Assembly (NCBI GenBank): GCA_000960865.2 | Contig: JZWU02000038.1 | Location: 1 to 11,959, forward strand | Reading direction: 5' to 3' | DNA from: Vulcanisaeta sp. AZ3 | Lineage (GTDB): Archaea; Thermoproteota; Thermoprotei; Thermoproteales; Thermocladiaceae | DNA length: 11,959 nt | In this document: one piece after another, positions 1 through 7,391 of the stretch | Layout: every line of letters starts with the position of its first letter | How positions within the stretch are numbered: position 1 is the stretch's first letter | Notes under the pieces: model-generated | What the model saw: the letters and a program-made list of their open reading frames with translations, nothing else | Told to the model about the DNA's origin: nothing | Database searches by the model: none | Position numbers and translations under genes: made by a program

Positions 1-764
1 ATAGTGCCTAGAGGTAGATCTCTCTGCGGATTCTTAGCCTCACCACCATACTCAATACCTTGCCTAAAGCCTAGGTAAGCATATACTATACCAGTGGTTG
101 GTAAGGCTAGGAATAACGGTGCAGCACCGTATGGTAAAAAGCCTCCAGGCAATGACGCTATATTCGCAGGATGGAAGAAGAGGGCCAATAATAAGACTAC
201 GGTCAGTATTGGTATTATTAACTTCCACCAACCAATACCAGTGTTCGTCTTACCCATAACATGAACACCGAAGTAATTCAATAGGAAGAAGAATGTCAGT
301 AAAGCAAATGCAACTAAACCACCCTTAAGTGTTAAGAGACCCGTCGGTGTTAATAGGCCGGGTATGTATGATGACATGTACGTAACGGCTGCCTCAGCCT
401 CGGAAGGAGCTACCGCTATGGCAGTCAATAAGTATGCCCAGGCTAGTATATATGAGGCAAAACTACCATGACTATATTGTGGATACCTCACTATTGCGCC
501 AGACTTAGGAATCATACCACCAAGCTCTGCGAAAGCTAATGCTACAAAAAGTAGGAAGATACCGCCCAATATCCACGATATTATGGCAGCAGGACCAGCA
601 GTAGCAGCCGCATATAGGGAGCCAAATAACCAACCACTACCAATCAAAGCGCCGATTACTAGGTATGATATATCCATCATATTCAGAGCCTTTCTAAGGT
701 GTTTGTCTGAAACCTCAGCCTTCTCAGCCCCGATTTTTCTCTCCGTATTGGGTGGGTTTGTCAT
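1..764 (-). CDS. APC-family amino acid permease (3' end outside window)
   Basis: Not in the ORF track. Manual translation from ATG 764 gives MTNPPNTERKIGAEKAEVSDKHLRKALNMMDISYLVIGALIGSGWLFGSLYAAATAGPAAIISWILGG...AFAELGGMIPKSGAIVRYPQYSHG, and the same frame reads AYLGFRQGIEYGGEAKNPQRDLP at the window edge. IGSGW (TM1), AELG..P.SG and GE.KNP.R are APC hallmarks. Confidence 0.93.
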   Translation of the reverse strand, partial: MTNPPNTERKIGAEKAEVSDKHLRKALNMMDISYLVIGALIGSGWLFGSLYAAATAGPAAIISWILGGIFLLFVALAFAELGGMIPKSGAIVRYPQYSHGSFASYILAWAYLLTAIAVAPSEAEAAVTYMSSYIPGLLTPTGLLTLKGGLVAFALLTFFFLLNYFGVHVMGKTNTGIGWWKLIIPILTVVLLLALFFHPANIASLPGGFLPYGAAPLFLALPTTGIVYAYLGFRQGIEYGGEAKNPQRDLPLGT

Positions 765-784
765 GTGTTATTTTTTACTTATAC

Positions 785-800
785 CTTATTAAGTTTTTCC
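785..800 (-). promoter_or_regulatory. Putative BRE/TATA promoter of the permease (probably leaderless)
   Basis: Minus strand reads GGAAAAA-CTTAATAAG; the TATA-like box starts about 28 nt before ATG 764. Confidence 0.55.
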
Positions 801-895
801 TATTATTTTTATGTTTGTCAAATGTTGGTTATTTAATTCAATATTGTGTTTATGGGGGTGATGGTTGGTTATATATTGTTGTCGTGGTTTAATTA

Positions 896-906
896 CCTTA
901 TTAAGG
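896..906 (+). promoter_or_regulatory. Putative TATA box of the HerA-like gene (probably leaderless)
   Basis: CCTTATTAAGG; TTATTAA starts 30 nt upstream of ATG 928, and there is no SD motif before the ATG. Confidence 0.55.
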
Positions 907-927
907 GTGTTTAGTACTTAGTATTGT

Positions 928-2379
928 ATGTTGGGTAAGTGTTGTGTTGAGATTGGGATCACTACTAGCGGGGCGTCAATTGCCTCAATACCAATTCAGT
1001 TTTACAAGAAAGCTGAGGGTATGGCTCTTGAGGAGCAGTTAGTGTTTATTCAGGATAGGGTTCTTGAGGATGAGTTGATTCTTGGTGTTATTAGGAATGT
1101 GACTAAGCTTGAGCCTTTGGTTAGGGATAGGGTTAGGTCTCCATTTGTTGATAGGCCTGAGATTCTTGATCAAACAATCCTCATGCCCTTCACCTCAGCC
1201 GTAGTGAAGCCTTATGCCTCAATAGGGCTTGGGAGTAGGGTTGTTAGTGAGGTTAGGCATGTGCCGACGCCTGGTTCTAAGGTTTATGTTATTAGGGATG
1301 GGAGGTTCTTGGGTGATTATGTTAGGGTTGATAATCCAATATTTGTTGGTGGTCATAAGTATAGTAATTGGCCTGTGAGTCTTAATGCTAATTTTGTTAA
1401 TCAGCATGTTGGTGTTTTTGGGGCTACTGGTGTTGGTAAGTCTAGGCTTGTTAAGGCGTTGGTTGAGGAGTTGGTTAGGGTTGGTAGGCATGTTATTGTT
1501 TTTGATCATAGTGGTATTGATTATGTGCCTTACTTTAAGGATAGGGTTATAACCTCTAAGGAGATAGAATTATCACCGCCAACAATAGCCTCGGTCATTG
1601 CGGAGAAGGCTAGGCTTGCTTGGCAAACCTTTGGTGAGTATTTAGAGGTTGCGACAATAACCTACGTAACGGGGGAGAAAAAACAACAGCCTCAATTGGT
1701 TAGGGGTGTTGAGGGGCAGCAGAGGGTTGTTTGGGATAAGGCTCAATTTGTTAAGCACTTGTATGATAATATGAGGAGGTTGGGGGCTAGGGATTCAACT
1801 GTTGAGAAGGCTAGGCTCTTTGTTGAGTATTTTGTGGAGTCTGAGTTCTTTAAGGAGTTGAATGAGAGGAGGCTGAAGCCCATGGAGATTGTGGACTTGG
1901 CATTGAGGAATAACCTAGTCGTCATTGATCTAAGCCTCGATCCTGAGCTCGTGATTAAGCAGGCAATAATTGCCGATGTAATTGACTCTGCATGGAAGAT
2001 GGTTAAGAGTGGTAAATCACCCCTAGACCTAGTCTTCGTGATTGATGAGGCTCAGAATTATGTGCCTGAGGGTGAGTGGACGATTTGCGGGGATATAATT
2101 GAGACGACGGCTAGGGAGGGGCGTAAGTGGGGTTTGTCGTTAATGATCGCCAGCCAAAGGATTGCTAGGGATGTTAAGGCTAGTGTGAGGGCTAACCTAG
2201 GTACAGTATTCTTCAGTAGGTTGAGTGCTCAGGGGGATTTAAGGGAGATAGCTGCCTATATGGATTTGGCCGATGTTAATGAATCAACACTAGCCCAGCT
2301 TGGTGTTAGGGAGTTCTATGTTGCTGGCTTAATGAATCCATTGAGAAGACCAATACTACTTAGGGTTAGGGATGCCTAG
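928..2379 (+). CDS. HerA/FtsK-superfamily ATPase (HerA-like paralogue, DUF87-type)
   Basis: Walker A HVGVFGATGVGKS, Walker B VFVIDEAQNY, arginine-finger motif AREGRKWG, and ASQR sensor. The beta-rich N-terminus ending in HVPTPGSKVY resembles a HAS barrel. No transmembrane segment. Confidence 0.88.
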   Translation: MLGKCCVEIGITTSGASIASIPIQFYKKAEGMALEEQLVFIQDRVLEDELILGVIRNVTKLEPLVRDRVRSPFVDRPEILDQTILMPFTSAVVKPYASIGLGSRVVSEVRHVPTPGSKVYVIRDGRFLGDYVRVDNPIFVGGHKYSNWPVSLNANFVNQHVGVFGATGVGKSRLVKALVEELVRVGRHVIVFDHSGIDYVPYFKDRVITSKEIELSPPTIASVIAEKARLAWQTFGEYLEVATITYVTGEKKQQPQLVRGVEGQQRVVWDKAQFVKHLYDNMRRLGARDSTVEKARLFVEYFVESEFFKELNERRLKPMEIVDLALRNNLVVIDLSLDPELVIKQAIIADVIDSAWKMVKSGKSPLDLVFVIDEAQNYVPEGEWTICGDIIETTAREGRKWGLSLMIASQRIARDVKASVRANLGTVFFSRLSAQGDLREIAAYMDLADVNESTLAQLGVREFYVAGLMNPLRRPILLRVRDA

Positions 2380-2915
2380 GGCTTCGAGATGCTTATTACT
2401 GCCTTACCCATCTCAACCTCTGCACTAGTCCAGGTACAGCTAACACCCGTCCCAGCCTCATTGGGGCTTATTAATTGCACTGGGCCTTGGCTTCCAAGGC
2501 AGTTGTAGGCTGTTATTGTGTAGGGTTGTTTTGATGAGTATAGTAGGACTGTGGTTCTTTGTGACCTGCTTATTGGGCCCATGGTCATTGTGATTGTGAC
2601 ATTGGCGTAGAGTAGTGTTTGGTTATTAATTGTTCTTGGGTATAGTGTCACGGCGTAGGTGAGTGCTACTCCCTGTACGGGTATTGCTGATGTGGGTAAC
2701 ATAAGTGTGTAATTGAATGTACCAACGACATTCTGCATAGAGGCTATTACTATGGCATTCTGAAATTCGTGAATCAACGCCGAGGAGACCAATGAAGACG
2801 TATAACTAACAGTGTTAATTATATTTGTGGCTATGTAATTATTGAGATACCAAACAAAGAATATGGCGAGAACTAGCAGGGCAACAGTAGTTATTACAAA
2901 ACCAAGCACGTTCAT
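2376..2915 (-). CDS. Small pilin-like membrane-anchored protein without a prepilin leader (gene 5 of operon)
   Basis: 179 aa. N-terminal hydrophobic helix, then an amphipathic helix and beta strands; NxS/T sequons; two Cys. GGTGA SD (2926-2922) lies 6 nt before the ATG. Confidence 0.7.
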   Translation of the reverse strand: MNVLGFVITTVALLVLAIFFVWYLNNYIATNIINTVSYTSSLVSSALIHEFQNAIVIASMQNVVGTFNYTLMLPTSAIPVQGVALTYAVTLYPRTINNQTLLYANVTITMTMGPISRSQRTTVLLYSSKQPYTITAYNCLGSQGPVQLISPNEAGTGVSCTWTSAEVEMGKAVISISKP

Positions 2916-2921
2916 AAACCA

Positions 2922-3668
2922 TCACCTAAACGTCATTGTGACATTCACAATAACAACCCTCAAGGTATCTGCACTCACAAATAATGAACTCAACAACGAA
3001 CCACAAACATCACTTACACTCACCTTAGCCCCACCTGAAATAGTGTATGTATATATGCCCGTAACATTAACAATAAGCACACTTCTCAAGCCACTAGGAA
3101 CCACCTTTATCACAGGAATATAAACATAAGCCATACTCGCCTCATTAATAACGAGAACCCTCGGAAAGAGAACCACATACGTACCATACGAAACACCATT
3201 AACCCTAGACGCGCCAAATTGGACAATAGATATGAGGGGTGCGGCAGCATTCTCAATAATTAAACTCTCACTAATGGCATTATAAGCACCATTGGCTAAG
3301 GAACCCCTAACAACCTGAACATAACCACTCGGCAAAGAATTATAACCAGGCGGAACACCATATATCAACGCCCCACTATTATACGTAACCCCACCCACGG
3401 TTACATTACAATAATCACCTATGAAATTAAACACGCCGTACTGCGTAGCTGGTAACGGATAGACGAGGGTCGTTCCTGGATTATACATAGATGCCTCTAG
3501 GTCATCGGCTACATTAGTCATGAAGGATTCCGCCAGGGATAAGGAGGTGGATGCAGATGCCTTACTGAAATTAATCATTGAAATTATTATGAAGACTGCG
3601 GCAAGAACCAGAACCACCGCTATTAGGATCACAGTAGCCAAAACCTCGCTCTGACCCCTACTACCCAT
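2922..3668 (-). CDS. Type IV pilin-like protein with class III signal peptide (gene 4)
   Basis: MGSRG|QSEVLATVILIAVVLVLAAVFIII. ATG 3668 overlaps the upstream TGA (TGATG); GTG 3671 is an alternative start. About 248 aa, pilin-like helix followed by beta strands. Confidence 0.82.
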   Translation of the reverse strand: MGSRGQSEVLATVILIAVVLVLAAVFIIISMINFSKASASTSLSLAESFMTNVADDLEASMYNPGTTLVYPLPATQYGVFNFIGDYCNVTVGGVTYNSGALIYGVPPGYNSLPSGYVQVVRGSLANGAYNAISESLIIENAAAPLISIVQFGASRVNGVSYGTYVVLFPRVLVINEASMAYVYIPVIKVVPSGLRSVLIVNVTGIYTYTISGGAKVSVSDVCGSLLSSLFVSADTLRVVIVNVTMTFR

Positions 3669-5273
3669 CACCCACCACCCAACCTCTGAAGCCCTATCAT
3701 AACTAAATAATAAGAACCATTCGGCAATTGAACAACAGTGAATGCCTCAGCGGTGGGGGTGAATGGTATTCCTGGGAAGCGGTATGCGTATTGTGGCGGT
3801 ATGACGTTATCGATACATGCGTAGTTAGTGTAGACTGGGGTTATGTAGGAGACGCTTGTTGATGGGGCTACCCAGAGGTCGTAGATTGTATTGACTGTGT
3901 TATAGACATATTCGTATTGAGATGGTGATGATTGAGTAATACTTAATCTATTAAGTCTAACCACAGGAACTATACTTAACAAGCCCTGCTGAGTCATAGA
4001 TGTTAATATGCATTGTGTTGAGGAGATTTGCAGTAATGTATTAGTGCCTGTTAAGTAATTGTGTATCAATAGGGAGACAGTAACGTTAATATTAATCCCT
4101 CCTGAACATGATGATGTTGTCGGCGTTATTATGAGTCTCGAACTCGATAAGTATACATATGTACCACTAGCGGTTTCGGTATTAGAACCCACGGTCAATG
4201 TTATATACTCATGACTACTGCCATAAGTATACGTCACACTTATTGGTATTGATGTTGTGGCTATTGTGGTATCACTCGTAGTGTTAATAATGCTAACTAC
4301 TACATTAGAGCTTAATGATAGGGATGAACCTGGTATTTCTGAGATAGGCATACTAATATAATTAATCTCCAATGGACCAACCACTGCCACATTAAAATTA
4401 CTACTACAAGACGCGGATGAACCTTCAGATGTGGATAGGACTAGTGGGGTTGATGGAGTTGCACCAATGCACTGCGTATTTACTGAATTAAATCCGAAAT
4501 ACTGAGCACCATAATTTAAATTAAAGACATGAGCACCATTGTCAAGTCCAACAGGTGCACCAACACTAGCTGCTTCAAATGCGCTTAAACCACCGTATGA
4601 TGGGCAGTAAGGTGTCTTGCAGTAGGTGTTGCTTATCGGGTTGTAGGGGTATGTGCCATTTTTTAGACACGTACATTATTATTTTAGTGGGAGGCGTGTT
4701 GAGCCAAAGAATTGCATCGCCGGTGATTGGGTTATATCTCTGAAGCCACCAGTGTATTGGTGTGTTGTTCTGTGTTGTGAAGAATACGTTTGATAGTGGC
4801 CATGTGGTGTTTATCGTGAATCCCGGCGGTAATAATAAGTTGAACGTCTTTATATTTAGTTTAACTTCTACATATGGGTATGGGATTATACCACTTTGGC
4901 TCGATATTATCTGCAACGGTATTGCTACGTAATTGTGAGTCACAGAACTCGATATATTAAGCACCCTATCGATTGGCTCAATACATAAGAACCAATTATA
5001 CTGCGGCCCAATAACCGAATTCATTAAAGGTCTGAAGGCTGACCAATCACCTTGGGATATGTAATTCAGGAATTGTGGGTTAGCATATACATCATAAAGC
5101 ACATTGTATGCGTATTCCTCCTCACTAACTTGAACCTCGCTCTGAAGTGTCGTTGTTGGTGTTTTGAATAATATAGGCATTAAGAGGGCGAGCACTAGGA
5201 TTATTACCGTGGCGGCAATTGCCTCCATAATCCTAGCCTGACCCCTAATAAGTAATTGCCTCATCAACACCAT
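3668..5273 (-). pseudogene. Frameshifted type IV pilin-like protein with DUF2341-like domain (gene 3; about 531-534 aa if repaired)
   Basis: N-terminus MRQLLIRG|QARIMEAIAATVIILVLALL (ATG 5273 or 5264). The track ORFs 4575-5288 and 3668-4390 fuse if one base is removed from the T6 run at 4659-4664; the second frame is open from 4675 to 3668. May be a sequencing error or a phase-variable gene rather than a true pseudogene. Confidence 0.8.
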
Positions 5274-7384
5274 GACCCCCCTCCCCAATAGTTCTCGTAA
5301 GCCCAGTAATTGCCGTAATTTATGAAGTACAATTCATAATTAACACCATATTGTGATTGACAACCTGTTATTGTTGTTGGTGCATAGGTTATGGGTAGTG
5401 CCTCGTGGGTTTCACTTGGTGAATAGTAATACTCATTTACAAAGGATTGGGGCTCTCCAACCTGGTTTATTACACTTGGTGATATTGTGTAGTTAAGTGA
5501 TGTATAGCCTGGTGGTAAGTGAATTAATAATTCCGTTAATGTGTAGAACTTGAGGATGGCACTTCTCTCAGGCATGATTGATAAGCTACTAGCGATGGAT
5601 ACTGGGGTTAGGTCGATGTAACCATTATATACTGATGTGTCCTTGCCATTATAGAATAGTATTAGTGTTGGTATACCGTTGTTCACTATGTATGGTACTT
5701 GATAGACGGACCCAGTGTCTTCGTTGTAGAAGGTGAGTTGGTATGCAGCCATCGCTGTTATGTTTAATGCATTAGGTATTCCTAGGTAATTCAGTACACT
5801 GGGTGAGAAGGGATTTAGGAGAGTTACGATTCCACTGTTATTTATTGCTAATAGGTATTGATTATATGGGTAGCCTATTGGGATTGGTAGTGTTACGTTG
5901 AAGATTATGGCATTACTCGTTATGTTGCATACTGTGTACTGTATGGGGTTTATTGTGACTCCGTTCATTGTTATGTTTAGGATACTTGGGATTACGCCTA
6001 TGGCTGGTTGGTTGTTGAGTGATACTGCTACGTATGTATTCATGGGTAGTGTGTATTTATTAAAGAACTCTATGGTTGCATTTATTAATGCGGCGTTCTG
6101 CAGCATCATCACAACCCAGGAACCCACACCATTATGGTTAGTAAATATGTATGCATAATTATTGAAAGAATATGAATAAATGGGTCCATACCACTGCGGT
6201 AGTGTTATTCCCATGGAACCTACGTTCTTGCCATTTATGTATATTGTTGCTGTGCCACTTGGTGCATTGAATGGATTACCAATTCCGTTGTACGTAATCA
6301 CAACGGTAATGTTTATAGTACTTGGTGTACTCGACAGTGAACCCGAACTAGAAGTACTTGAACCAGGTCCTCCATATGCATAGTAATACTTATTCCCACT
6401 CGAATATACGTCTACCCAATATCCAGTTGCATAATTACTTGGATTTGTTGAGCTCACGCCAGATTGACCAGAAGTTGGGTATTGGGCTAAGTAGTTTATT
6501 CCGACTAGGAATGGTCCCTTTGATGTTACACTGAATACTGCGGATATTTCGAATCCACTATTGGCTGAGGCCTCATCCACGGGGTAGAGGAATACCACTG
6601 GGCCGGCCCATTGAGTATTACTATCCACTATCCCATTACTTACACTCATGTAGTCATTAATTAGGGCGTTGTAGGATGGTGCCCATAGGTTCATGGCTGC
6701 TCCGCTCTTTGTGTAGGCTGGGTTTGTGCATGTGTATGTGTTGCTTATGAAGTTGAATGTGCACTTAGTGATTGTGCTATAGGTTGTTGTGCGTATTGTT
6801 CCTTTGCATGTTGTTGTGCTTGGTTTTACTATCCATGTTGTTAGGTTGTATGTGCTTTTTAGTGTTAGGTTGTTTATTCCTAGTATTGGCATGTTGTATG
6901 TATTTGTTATGCTTGCGTATAGTGTGGCTTTTTGGTTTGCGGCGTATATGTAGTTAAGTAGTGATAGAGCTCCGTAGTAGTTCGTATTTAAGTTTGTTGT
7001 GTAGTTTCCATTTCCTGTTTGGATTGCTAGTCCCGTTGGTGTGTAGACAGTGTTTATTATTGTGTTATAATATTCATTAAGTATTGCATTGGCTAGCGAT
7101 ATAGGTGCTAGGCTTCCTCCTTGAAGTACGGGCATTTGAATTGCGATTCCGTAATTTAGTAAGAATTGGCTGTAGTTCTTTATGAGGGCGTATAGTGCTG
7201 TGTTCATTTTCATGGATAGGCCCTGAACCACGAGTTGTGGGTTATATTTGAATACGAAATATATGCTTCTTTGGTATACGTAGGCTGGTGTCATTGTGAA
7301 TATTCTGTACAACATGGCCAGTATTAGTACTGTAATCACGACGATCATGGCAATTATTAATAATCCCTGGCCCTTACTACTCAC
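5264..7384 (-). CDS. Large type IV pilin-like/adhesin protein with class III signal peptide (gene 2)
   Basis: Preferred start is GTG 7384, 7 nt after a GGTGA SD at 7396-7392: MSSKG|QGLLIIAMIVVITVLILAMLY. About 706 aa, N/T/Y/S-rich, at least 12 NxS/T sequons, with a LamG/ConA-like central segment. Confidence 0.8.
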   Translation of the reverse strand: MSSKGQGLLIIAMIVVITVLILAMLYRIFTMTPAYVYQRSIYFVFKYNPQLVVQGLSMKMNTALYALIKNYSQFLLNYGIAIQMPVLQGGSLAPISLANAILNEYYNTIINTVYTPTGLAIQTGNGNYTTNLNTNYYGALSLLNYIYAANQKATLYASITNTYNMPILGINNLTLKSTYNLTTWIVKPSTTTCKGTIRTTTYSTITKCTFNFISNTYTCTNPAYTKSGAAMNLWAPSYNALINDYMSVSNGIVDSNTQWAGPVVFLYPVDEASANSGFEISAVFSVTSKGPFLVGINYLAQYPTSGQSGVSSTNPSNYATGYWVDVYSSGNKYYYAYGGPGSSTSSSGSLSSTPSTINITVVITYNGIGNPFNAPSGTATIYINGKNVGSMGITLPQWYGPIYSYSFNNYAYIFTNHNGVGSWVVMMLQNAALINATIEFFNKYTLPMNTYVAVSLNNQPAIGVIPSILNITMNGVTINPIQYTVCNITSNAIIFNVTLPIPIGYPYNQYLLAINNSGIVTLLNPFSPSVLNYLGIPNALNITAMAAYQLTFYNEDTGSVYQVPYIVNNGIPTLILFYNGKDTSVYNGYIDLTPVSIASSLSIMPERSAILKFYTLTELLIHLPPGYTSLNYTISPSVINQVGEPQSFVNEYYYSPSETHEALPITYAPTTITGCQSQYGVNYELYFINYGNYWAYENYWGGGSWC

Positions 7385-7391
7385 TTCCTCA

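Noticed and set aside
583-792. 69-aa plus-strand ORF
   Set aside because: Antisense shadow of the APC permease.
1219-1925. Minus-strand ORFs 1219-1509 and 1743-1925
   Set aside because: Antisense to the HerA-like gene; the N/P/T-rich composition reflects strand skew.
3668-4390. Independent 240-aa gene starting at GTG 4390
   Set aside because: No signal peptide or SD, and the frame is open to 4675. Better explained as the C-terminal part of frameshifted gene 3.
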